This document shows positions 52,189 through 60,332 of a stretch of 64,000 bases of DNA, piece by piece. The DNA is from Bacteroidaceae bacterium (GTDB taxonomy: Bacteria > Bacteroidota > Bacteroidia > Bacteroidales > Bacteroidaceae). The translations under genes were made by a program, and so were the position numbers. Location of the stretch: contig JAFYNL010000034.1 of NCBI GenBank assembly GCA_017548075.1, positions 24,191 through 88,190 on the forward strand, written 5' to 3'. Each line of letters opens with the position of its first letter. Within the stretch, counting starts at the first letter, position 1. The notes under the pieces were generated by a model that had not been told where the DNA came from, made no database searches, and saw only the letters and a list, made by a program, of their open reading frames with translations.

Positions 52189-54652
52189 CTTGTGTCTTTT
52201 GCGTCAGTTCCTCGTAAGTCTCTTCTGATGAGGGTTTAATTGCAGGCAGATAAGCAACCTCAATGTGCTTCGGCCTCATGAAACTGCTGCCTCGAGGAAG
52301 GGCCTCGAACGCTCCCTTAATGCAAACGGGAATGATGGGAACATTCAGCTCCTTAGCAAGTATGGCGAAAGTCTTCTTGAAGGGAACTGTTCCGCCGTCG
52401 TGAGTGCGCGCTCCTTCTGGGAAGATGATGACGCGATGACCTTCTCTGAGCACCTTTGCAAGCTTCAGGATGGAGTTCTTCAGGTTGGCGCGTTCCATCA
52501 CAATCACATTGCTCTTGGCCGCCATCTTGCGTCGATAATTACTGCGAACGTGCTCTTCTGTAGCGTAGAAGAAGTATTCGCCAAGAGTGTTCCAAGGTAA
52601 ACCTGCAAGCGTTAGCGGGCCATCGACGAAACTCTGATGATTGGGAGCGAGGATGCAAGCGCCCTCCTCAGGAATGTACTGCTGCCCCTTTATCTTCAGG
52701 CAATTGTACAAGCGGAAGAAGTACTTGAAGAGTCGAGAGACGAAACGATAAGCAAAACCAGCCGTAGGCAAAGGCAAATTATCGACAGAGCCTGTGAGAA
52801 GCTGGTGCCAATCCACATCTTCTGCTTCCATCTTGGTCTTTTCGGAAGCCACATGACGAGCAAGCGCCTCCACATTCGCAAAACCTGGCATTTCGTCAGC
52901 ACTCACTGAAGTTCCGAACGTCCTTTCGATGAAGTCTTGAAGACTCACTTTATCGAGGGAATCGAGGGCAAGGTCGGTTTCAACATGATCTGCAGCATGC
53001 ACCTTCACACCCTTTTCCGATTCGATGAAACGCTTTAACAAAAGGTACTCCTCGAAGTCTGGTTCAGGCTTTGCCTCGTGCTCTTTACTTCTCGTTCCCT
53101 GCTCTTCTTTCAGGATTGCACCCAGTTTGTAGCGCTGCAACTTCTCGAGTCGTGTGCGAGGAAGTTCGCCTCTGTAAACGAGGACACTCATAATCTTCTT
53201 GTAAGCAGAAACGGTCATATTATAAAGTTCGAGCACTTCGCGCTTCAATCGAGCTGCCACTTCGTTGTCGGTCAGCGTTGCAGCCCAATTGGGTTGCGGA
53301 ACAATGATGGCTCGAAGCTTGTCTCCATCCTGCACGATAGCCGCTTCCTTCACGAGCTGGTCGTACTTCTCGAGCTTATATTCAATCTCGCTCGGCTGAA
53401 CATTCTTGCCGTTGCTGAGAACGATGATTTCCTTCGTGCGACCAGTAAGCGTGATGCGTCCGACGGAATCAATCGTAGCAAGGTCGCCTGTATGCAACCA
53501 GCCTTCGCTATCGATGACTTGTGCCGTTTCTTCAGGACGATTGTAATAGCCCTTCATCAGGTTCGGCCCTTTCACGCAAAGTTCGCCATCAACAAGTTTG
53601 CAATCAACGCCAGGAAGAGGGAGTCCAGAGCAGCCTGGAATGATGTCGCCTGGTCGCGTGAAAGCAATAATCGGAGCAGTCTCTGTCATTCCATAGCCTT
53701 CGAGGACATCAAGGCCAAGCGTCTTCAAACCTTCACCAATCTCTCTGTCCAAAGCAGCACCACCGCTGACGCAGTAATCGAGGTGTCCGCCCATCTTCTT
53801 CCTCACGGAGCTGAAGACAATACGGCTGAGTGTGCGACTCTTTGCCACACGACAAAGTGCGAAGAGCATGCGTGCAACAAACGATTCGTCAATCTTCTTC
53901 TTTATGCCCACATAAAGCGTCTGCCAAAGACGAGGAACACCAATCATGATGCCGACCTGACCACGTTGGAGCGTATCCATGATGTCTGGGCCTGAAAGCG
54001 ACGGGCAAATGGCAATGCCGCCTCCCATATAAAGCGGAGCAATAAGTGAGCCCATCAACGGCAAGACGTGATGAAGAGGCAGGAGAACAAGCACTCGACG
54101 CTTGTCCGTATAGATAGGAACGTCGTAGGAAACGCTGTGAACATTGGCCTTCAGAGCTGCATAACTGAGCATCACGCCCTTGGGAGAGCCTGTTGTTCCT
54201 GAGGTATAGATGATGAGGGCCGTATCGTCGTTGTCTGGTTCGGCAAGAGCCGCCCAAGGAAGGATTGAGGAAACAGGCTCGTCGGCAAGCGACAGCCTCT
54301 CGTAATCATCGAGGCAGAAGACGTTTATCTCGATGTTTGCTTCCTTAATGGCATCTTGCAAGACGGCTTCCCTCTCCTTCGAAACCCAAACTGCATCGGG
54401 TTTGCAGTCGTTCAAGATGTACGCCACATCGTTTGCCGTGCTTGATGCATCCACAGGAACTGCGATGCCTTCGTTCAGCCAAACAGAAAAGAAAGCATAC
54501 GCCCAACCCTCTCTATTCTCGCTGAAAATAACGGTTTTCGTGTCTTTTCCCTTTGGAGTTTTTCTCGCAAACTGAGCCACTCGTTGCAACAACTCGCTGT
54601 AACTGACATCGTGGTCCTTCGTAACGATAGCAATCTTGTTCAGGTCAATCAT
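52160..54652 (-). CDS. Tri-domain enzyme: acyl-AMP/CoA ligase + embedded carrier (PP-binding) domain + PlsC-type acyltransferase (Aas-like)
   Basis: 830 aa. YTSGTTGSPKGV, GYGMTE and GWLHTGD (ANL); LALDSLDKVSL (carrier Ser); LAPNHQSFVDG (HX4D) and IFPEGART (LPLAT). Confidence 0.85.
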   Translation of the reverse strand: MIDLNKIAIVTKDHDVSYSELLQRVAQFARKTPKGKDTKTVIFSENREGWAYAFFSVWLNEGIAVPVDASSTANDVAYILNDCKPDAVWVSKEREAVLQDAIKEANIEINVFCLDDYERLSLADEPVSSILPWAALAEPDNDDTALIIYTSGTTGSPKGVMLSYAALKANVHSVSYDVPIYTDKRRVLVLLPLHHVLPLMGSLIAPLYMGGGIAICPSLSGPDIMDTLQRGQVGIMIGVPRLWQTLYVGIKKKIDESFVARMLFALCRVAKSRTLSRIVFSSVRKKMGGHLDYCVSGGAALDREIGEGLKTLGLDVLEGYGMTETAPIIAFTRPGDIIPGCSGLPLPGVDCKLVDGELCVKGPNLMKGYYNRPEETAQVIDSEGWLHTGDLATIDSVGRITLTGRTKEIIVLSNGKNVQPSEIEYKLEKYDQLVKEAAIVQDGDKLRAIIVPQPNWAATLTDNEVAARLKREVLELYNMTVSAYKKIMSVLVYRGELPRTRLEKLQRYKLGAILKEEQGTRSKEHEAKPEPDFEEYLLLKRFIESEKGVKVHAADHVETDLALDSLDKVSLQDFIERTFGTSVSADEMPGFANVEALARHVASEKTKMEAEDVDWHQLLTGSVDNLPLPTAGFAYRFVSRLFKYFFRLYNCLKIKGQQYIPEEGACILAPNHQSFVDGPLTLAGLPWNTLGEYFFYATEEHVRSNYRRKMAAKSNVIVMERANLKNSILKLAKVLREGHRVIIFPEGARTHDGGTVPFKKTFAILAKELNVPIIPVCIKGAFEALPRGSSFMRPKHIEVAYLPAIKPSSEETYEELTQKTQDAIEAVLAH

Positions 54653-54679
54653 AATACCTTATTATATATTATTCGTTGG

Positions 54680-54687
54680 CAAAGGTA
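54680..54687 (-). promoter_or_regulatory. -7 promoter box (tacctttg on the minus strand)
   Basis: 27 nt upstream of the ATG at 54652. Confidence 0.5.
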
Positions 54688-54733
54688 CAAAAAATAATTG
54701 AACTTTGAGCATTGAACATTGAGAATTATTTCG

Positions 54734-54741
54734 TACCTTTG
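54734..54741 (+). promoter_or_regulatory. -7 promoter box (tacctttg)
   Basis: 9-15 nt upstream of the candidate ATGs at 54751 and 54757. Confidence 0.4.
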
Positions 54742-54750
54742 CAGAAAAAG

Positions 54751-56997
54751 ATGGATATGGAGAAGAACCAATATACAGAACGAAGGATTAGTAACACGAT
54801 AAAGCCTGCTGAAATGGGGCTTGAAGAGTGGCAAGTGACTTTGAGAAGACAACAGGCTCAACGCGAGCATTTTACCATCAGCGAAACAAGTGCGCAATTC
54901 TGTCCAGGAGAATATAAAGTCAGCAACTACAAGTCGCGCAACCAATATAAGGTCATCTACAGGGGTGAATACAGTCCTTGGAACTATTGTTCCTGTCCCG
55001 ATTTTCGCACATCAGGGCTTGGGACCTGCAAGCATGTGGAGGGTGTGAAGTTGTGGCTGAAGGCTGAGAGGAAAGAGGTGCACAACGAAGAGCCCGACTA
55101 CTCGTCTGTTTATATGGATTATCGTGGCCAGCGCTGCATCCGCATTCGTATTGGAGAGCATCATCGCAAGGAACTGACGGCTTTGGCTGGCGAGTATTTC
55201 GACCAAGCCTCTGTTCTTCGTCCAGAAGCCTACGCTCGTTTCGATTCGTTCATCGAGAAGGCTCGCAACATCGACCCCGACTTCCGTTGCTATCCTGATG
55301 CTCTGGAGGAAGTCATCTGTCAGCGCGAACGCTTGCAAAGAACGGCGCTCATGGAATCCGCCTATACGGACGATGCTCTCGATGCTCTGCTCACGAAGAA
55401 ACTCTACCCTTATCAGAAGGAAGGCGTTCGCTTTGCCATCAAGGCAGGAAAGGTCATCATAGCCGATGAAATGGGACTTGGCAAGACGGTTCAAGCCATT
55501 TGCTGTGCTGAGATTTACCTCAAAGAAAAGATGGCAGAGAGCGTGCTTATCGTTTGTCCGAACTCCCTCAAATATCAATGGAAGAGCGAGATTGAGAGGT
55601 TTACAGGCAAAGACGATACGCTCATTGTGGAGGGCTATGCTTCCAGACGACTGGGACTCTACAATGCGCCTGCAACATACAAAATTGTCTCCTATCAGTC
55701 GCTGGCTAACGACATCAAGACGCTGAATCGTCTCCCTACCGATTTACTCATCATGGACGAAGTGCAGCGGCTCAAGAACTGGAACACGCAACTGGCTTGG
55801 GCAGTTCGCCGCATCGACTCGCATTACAGCATCTTGCTTTCAGGAACGCCACTCGAGAACAAACTCGACGAACTCGTTTCCATCGTTCAACTTGCCGACC
55901 CCTATTGCCTTTCGCCGCTCTATCGCTTCCGCTACGACCACATCATCACAGACCCCGAATCGGGCAAAGCCGTTGGTTATAAGAATCTTAGCGACATCAG
56001 GGAGAAACTGAAGAACACACTCATCAGGAGGACGAAACAAAGCGTGCGTCTGCAATTGCCTGGACGAACCGACCAGTTCCTGCTCATTCCCATGACCGGT
56101 CGACAATTCTCTCTCCACGAGGAACTGCGAGCAGCTGTTGCGAAACTGGTGAGCAAATGGTCGCGCGCTCACACCCTCAGCGAGGAAGACCGCCGTCGCT
56201 TGCTCAGTATGCTCGGACAGATGCGGATGCTTGCCGACAGCACATTCGTCGTTGATCAGGATATGGAGAATCGTCAGGATGTGAAGGTTGGCGAGCTGAT
56301 GAACATCTTGGGCGATGCTTTGGATGGCGGAACAGCGAAGATTGTGGTCTTCAGCGAATGGGAACGAATGGCGCGACTGGTGGCAACGGAACTCGATGCT
56401 GTGGGCATTCACTATGAATTCCTGCATGGAAGCGTTCCTGCTCAGAAGCGAAGCGAACTCATCGAACGCTTCACGAACGATGAAGACTGTCGCATTTTCC
56501 TCTCTACCGATGCAGGTTCAACAGGGCTCAATCTGCAGGCAGCCAGCATCCTCATCAACATCGACCTCCCCTGGAATCCAGCCGTTCTGGAGCAACGCAT
56601 AGGCCGCATCTACCGCATCGGACAGGAAACGCCCATTCAAGTGCTGAATCTCGTTTCGAAGAACTCCATAGAGGAGGGCATGATAAAGCGCCTGAAGTTC
56701 AAGCAATCGATGTTCGAAGGGGCGCTCGACGGCGGCGACGACACCATCTTCCTCAGCGACGACCAGTTCCGAGGCTTTATGAGTGAGATTGCCGAAGTGA
56801 CTGCTTCCTCTCCGCTCCCTCAAAAGGAAGAGAATCTCCAATTCGACGAAGTCGACGAAAGTCCTGAAGTCTCACCTCAGGGAGATTTAGAGGGGGATGT
56901 AACCACCTTCCTCTCTTCTCTTCGCGACATTCTCCAATCGCCCGAAAAGACAAAGAAATTGGCAGACGCCATCACGAAAATACTTAACGAATCATGA
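54751..56997 (+). CDS. SNF2-family helicase with an N-terminal SWIM zinc finger
   Basis: CSCPDFRTSGLGTCKHV (SWIM), ADEMGLGKT (motif I), DEVQRLKN (motif II), STDAGSTGLNLQ and QRIGRIYRIGQ (motif VI). Confidence 0.88.
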   Translation: MDMEKNQYTERRISNTIKPAEMGLEEWQVTLRRQQAQREHFTISETSAQFCPGEYKVSNYKSRNQYKVIYRGEYSPWNYCSCPDFRTSGLGTCKHVEGVKLWLKAERKEVHNEEPDYSSVYMDYRGQRCIRIRIGEHHRKELTALAGEYFDQASVLRPEAYARFDSFIEKARNIDPDFRCYPDALEEVICQRERLQRTALMESAYTDDALDALLTKKLYPYQKEGVRFAIKAGKVIIADEMGLGKTVQAICCAEIYLKEKMAESVLIVCPNSLKYQWKSEIERFTGKDDTLIVEGYASRRLGLYNAPATYKIVSYQSLANDIKTLNRLPTDLLIMDEVQRLKNWNTQLAWAVRRIDSHYSILLSGTPLENKLDELVSIVQLADPYCLSPLYRFRYDHIITDPESGKAVGYKNLSDIREKLKNTLIRRTKQSVRLQLPGRTDQFLLIPMTGRQFSLHEELRAAVAKLVSKWSRAHTLSEEDRRRLLSMLGQMRMLADSTFVVDQDMENRQDVKVGELMNILGDALDGGTAKIVVFSEWERMARLVATELDAVGIHYEFLHGSVPAQKRSELIERFTNDEDCRIFLSTDAGSTGLNLQAASILINIDLPWNPAVLEQRIGRIYRIGQETPIQVLNLVSKNSIEEGMIKRLKFKQSMFEGALDGGDDTIFLSDDQFRGFMSEIAEVTASSPLPQKEENLQFDEVDESPEVSPQGDLEGDVTTFLSSLRDILQSPEKTKKLADAITKILNES

Positions 56998-58037
56998 CAA
57001 TTCTCATCACAGGAGCCAGCGGTTTCATCGGCAGTTTTATCGTAGAGGAGGCCTTGAAGCAGGGCTTCGAAGTCTGGGCTGGCGTGCGAGGTACAAGCAG
57101 TCGCAAATACTTGCAGGACGAACGCATCCACTTCGCTCAGCTCGATATGCAGAATCCCAGCAAGTTGAAGGAACAGCTCCTTTCCTACAAGGAGGAGATG
57201 GGCAAAGGTTGGGACTATGTGGTTCATGCTGCTGGCGCCACCAAGTGTCTGCACCAGGAGGACTTCTTCCGCACCAATACCGAGGGGACCAAGAATCTCA
57301 TCGATGCCCTTCGAGAGACGGAGATGGTGCCCCAGCGATTCGTGTTCCTGAGCAGCCTGAGCATCTTCGGAGCCATTCGCGAAGAGCCCGTCAGGAAGCC
57401 TACAGACGACAATCCTTGGATTTACTCCCCTATCCTTCTCACAGACGAACCCAAGCCCAATACAGCCTACGGAGAGAGCAAACTGGCTGCTGAACACTAC
57501 CTCAGGGAGCAGAAGGATTTCCCCTACACCATCCTGCGTCCTACAGGGGTTTATGGGCCTCGCGAGCGCGACTATTTCCTTATGGCTCAGAGCATTAAGC
57601 AACATATCGACATTGCCGCTGGCCTTACGCCTCAGGAGATTACCTTCGTCTATGTCCTCGATGTGGTGCAGGCCGTCCTCAAGAGTATGGAAACACCGGA
57701 GGCTGAGGGCAAAGCTTACTTCCTGAGCGATGGAAAAGTCTATAACAGCCGCAGCTACAGCGACCTCGTCCAGAAGTATCTCGGCAATCCTTGGGTGCTG
57801 CACCTGAAGTTGCCTCTCTGTCTGCTAAGAGCCATCTGCTGGGTGAGCGGAAGAATCAGCCACTTGACAGGCAAGATGAACGCCCTGAACGACGATAAGT
57901 TCAACATCCTCTCGCAACGCAACTGGCAGTGCGACATTCAGCCAGCCATCGACGACTTCGGCTATGCGCCCCAGTGGAGCCTCGAGCAGGGAGTAGAGGC
58001 CAGTATCCTTTGGTACCGTAAGGAGGGTTGGCTCTGA
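56994..58037 (+). CDS. NAD-dependent epimerase/dehydratase family (extended SDR) protein
   Basis: 347 aa. ITGASGFIGS Rossmann motif and YGESKLAAE (YxxxK). ATGA overlap with the helicase gene. Confidence 0.85.
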   Translation: MTILITGASGFIGSFIVEEALKQGFEVWAGVRGTSSRKYLQDERIHFAQLDMQNPSKLKEQLLSYKEEMGKGWDYVVHAAGATKCLHQEDFFRTNTEGTKNLIDALRETEMVPQRFVFLSSLSIFGAIREEPVRKPTDDNPWIYSPILLTDEPKPNTAYGESKLAAEHYLREQKDFPYTILRPTGVYGPRERDYFLMAQSIKQHIDIAAGLTPQEITFVYVLDVVQAVLKSMETPEAEGKAYFLSDGKVYNSRSYSDLVQKYLGNPWVLHLKLPLCLLRAICWVSGRISHLTGKMNALNDDKFNILSQRNWQCDIQPAIDDFGYAPQWSLEQGVEASILWYRKEGWL

Positions 58038-58055
58038 ACTTCGCCAGTGTCGTTC

Positions 58056-58120
58056 GCGAACATAACGTGCTGCGTTGGGCAACTTAACATGCTGCGTTGG
58101 GCATCGCAGCTGCCTGTGTT
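58056..58120. repeat. Array of ~3 diverged 22-bp units (reverse orientation)
   Basis: gcgaacataacgtgctgcgttgg / gcaacttaacatgctgcgttgg / gcatcgcagctgcctgtgtt. Confidence 0.7.
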
Positions 58121-58308
58121 TATCACTAAGTCAAAGAATCTTTTTGGATAAGGATGCGCCGCTGCGTGTCCTCATGTATATGTTGTATGCCGCGTCCGGC
58201 ATTGTGTTTTCGAATCACGTTGCGAAGGTACGACATCTTTGTTGCGGTCTACGAATAAACGTGCAATTATTTAAAAACTTTTTGAGTTTCCCAGACTCTG
58301 CACTCACC

Positions 58309-58466
58309 GGTTACAGTTGTTACAATTGTTACAGTTCTTTTTTTAGTCACACACATCTCAATGTTAAACTTATAATATATATAGATTATATATATATATT
58401 ATAAAATTATTTTGGAATTTGGTCAAGCGTAAAAAACAACTGTAACAACTGAAACAACTGTAACGT
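58309..58466. repeat. Imperfect ~35-bp inverted repeats flanking an ~85-bp extremely AT-rich core
   Basis: Left arm ggttacagttgttacaattgttacagttcttttttt. Right arm aaaaaacaactgtaacaactgaaacaactgtaacg, whose reverse complement is cgttacagttgtttcagttgttacagttgtttttt. The core contains atatatatagattatatatatatattataaaattatttt. Confidence 0.75.
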
Positions 58467-58601
58467 AGCGTTGAATGGCAACCAAAAATTCTCGATGAAA
58501 TGGGCGATTTTTGCAGCTTTGGATTTCTTCATCGAATAAGGTCTTCTGACTTTTTTAAGAAAAAAGTTGAGAAAGATGCGGCAAGATTGCCAAAAATGTT
58601 G

Positions 58602-58609
58602 TATCTTTG
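58602..58609 (+). promoter_or_regulatory. -7 promoter box (tatctttg)
   Basis: 42 nt upstream of the ATG at 58652. Confidence 0.5.
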
Positions 58610-58651
58610 CGGCACTAAATTCAACAGGAAACTCACAAAAACAACAAAAAT

Positions 58652-59251
58652 ATGGCAGAAACAAGAAAAATCAAGCGTGCTCTGGTGTCCGTTTTCCACA
58701 AAGACGGGCTGGAAGAGATACTGAAAACGCTCCATCAGGAGGGCGTTGAACTGCTTTCCACAGGCGGCACACAGGCTTTCATCGAAAGTCTCGGCATTCC
58801 CTGCAGGAAAGTTGAGGATGTGACCACTTATCCCAGCATTTTGGGCGGCAGAGTGAAGACTTTGCACCCGAAAGTGTTCGGCGGCATCCTTGGTCGTAGA
58901 GAAAATGAAGGCGACCAAGAGCAGATGAAGCAGTACGAAATCCCCGCCATCGACCTCGTTATCGTTGACCTTTATCCTTTCGAGGACACAGTGGCAGCAG
59001 GAGCAAGCGAGGCAGACATCATCGAGAAGATTGACATTGGCGGCATCAGCCTCATCCGTGCTGCGGCAAAGAACTTCCGCGACGTCATCATCGTGCCCTC
59101 AAAGGCAGAGTACAAGCCCCTGCTCGACCTTCTGAACAAGCAAGGAGCCCAGAGCGAATTGGCCGACCGCAAGTGGTTCGCCACCCAAGCCTTCGGCGTC
59201 AGCAGCCACTACGATACAGCCATCCACGAGTGGTTTGCAGCCAACAAATAA
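58652..59251 (+). CDS. purH: IMP cyclohydrolase (MGS-like N-terminal domain of PurH) only; the AICAR transformylase domain is absent
   Basis: 199 aa. RALVSVFHKDGL, LLSTGGT, GRVKTLHPKV, DLVIVDLYPF and DIGGISLIRAAAKN align with PurH residues 1 to about 199. The stop comes right after AFGVSSHYDTAIHEWF, the domain boundary. Confidence 0.8.
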   Translation: MAETRKIKRALVSVFHKDGLEEILKTLHQEGVELLSTGGTQAFIESLGIPCRKVEDVTTYPSILGGRVKTLHPKVFGGILGRRENEGDQEQMKQYEIPAIDLVIVDLYPFEDTVAAGASEADIIEKIDIGGISLIRAAAKNFRDVIIVPSKAEYKPLLDLLNKQGAQSELADRKWFATQAFGVSSHYDTAIHEWFAANK

Positions 59252-59286
59252 AATCGTAAATAGTAAATCGTCAAATCGTAAATTAC
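59251..59286. repeat. Heptamer block (aaatcgt aaatagt aaatcgt c aaatcgt aaattac) between purH' and mreB
   Basis: Read directly; begins at the last base of the purH' stop codon (59249-59251). Confidence 0.8.
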
Positions 59287-59290
59287 ATAG

Positions 59291-60310
59291 ATGAACTGGT
59301 TTTCCCTTAACAAAGAAATAGCGATGGACCTCGGAACGGCCAACACCATCATCATTTGCGATGGTAAGATTGTCGTTGACGAGCCCAGCGTAGTAGCCCT
59401 CGACCGCCGCACAGAACGCATGATTGCAGTCGGCGACAAGGCTAAGATGATGTACGAAAAGACCAACCCGGAAATTCGCACTATCCGTCCTCTTCGCGAC
59501 GGTGTGATTGCCGACTTCAACGCTTGCGAGCAGATGATGCGCGGCCTCATCAAGATGGTGCATTCAGGCAACCGCCTCTTCTCTCCCTCGCTGAAGATGG
59601 TGATTGGCGTGCCCAGCGGCAGTACTGAAGTGGAGCTTCGTGCCGTTCGCGATAGTGCAGAGCATGCAGGTGGACGCGAAGTCTACCTCATCTTCGAACC
59701 CATGGCAGCAGCCATCGGTATCGGACTCGACGTGCTTGCTCCAGAAGGCAACATGATTGTCGATATAGGTGGTGGTAGCACAGAGATTGCCGTCATTTCG
59801 CTTGGTGGCATCGTGGCCGACAAGAGCCTCCGCATCGCTGGTGACGAACTGACTGCCGACATTCAAGAATACATGAGCCGTCAGCACAACGTCAAGGTCA
59901 GCGAACGTATGGCAGAACGCATCAAGATTCACGTTGGAGCCGCTATGACCGACCTCGGCGAAGATGCTCCAGACGATTATGTTGTTCATGGTCCGAACCG
60001 CATCACAGCCCTTCCAATGGAGGTTCCCGTATGCTATCAGGAGATTGCACACTGCCTGGAGAAGACCATCGCAAAGATTGAGACAGCAGTCCTCAGCGCA
60101 CTCGAAGAAACACCCCCAGAACTCTATGCCGACATCGTGAAGAACGGCATTTGGCTGACAGGTGGCGGTGCTCTGCTTAGAGGTCTCGCAAAGCGTCTCA
60201 CAGACAAAATCAACATCGAGTTCCATGTGGCCGAAGACCCCTTGCACAGCGTTGCGAAGGGCACAGGCGTAGCACTGAAGAACATCAACAACTTCGCATT
60301 CTTGATGTAG
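59291..60310 (+). CDS. mreB: Rod shape-determining protein MreB
   Basis: 339 aa. IAMDLGTANT, EPMAAAIG and DIGGGSTEIAV actin-fold motifs. Confidence 0.95.
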   Translation: MNWFSLNKEIAMDLGTANTIIICDGKIVVDEPSVVALDRRTERMIAVGDKAKMMYEKTNPEIRTIRPLRDGVIADFNACEQMMRGLIKMVHSGNRLFSPSLKMVIGVPSGSTEVELRAVRDSAEHAGGREVYLIFEPMAAAIGIGLDVLAPEGNMIVDIGGGSTEIAVISLGGIVADKSLRIAGDELTADIQEYMSRQHNVKVSERMAERIKIHVGAAMTDLGEDAPDDYVVHGPNRITALPMEVPVCYQEIAHCLEKTIAKIETAVLSALEETPPELYADIVKNGIWLTGGGALLRGLAKRLTDKINIEFHVAEDPLHSVAKGTGVALKNINNFAFLM

Positions 60311-60332
60311 TCAAACCTCGACTACGACAGCT

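Noticed and set aside
54751-56997. The SWIM-SNF2 helicase as part of a phage-defence system
   Set aside because: It has no adjacent methyltransferase, nuclease, PLD or DUF1998-type partner. Its neighbours are an SDR epimerase and lipid-metabolism genes. It is treated as a stand-alone RapA/SNF2-like helicase.
58121-58651. Replication origin (oriC) in the long AT-rich gap
   Set aside because: I could find only one DnaA-box-like 9-mer (ttatccaaa, one mismatch). There is no cluster of boxes and no dnaA or dnaN nearby, so the evidence is insufficient.
58407-58918. Minus-strand ORFs 58407..58664 and 58529..58918, plus the plus-strand ORFs 58075..58404 and 58500..58724
   Set aside because: They consist of low-complexity Phe/Leu/Lys-rich translations of AT-rich or repeat DNA, or are antisense to purH'. 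There is no promoter or motif support. A 41-aa internal ORF (MKKSKAAKIAHF...) cannot be excluded but is unsupported.
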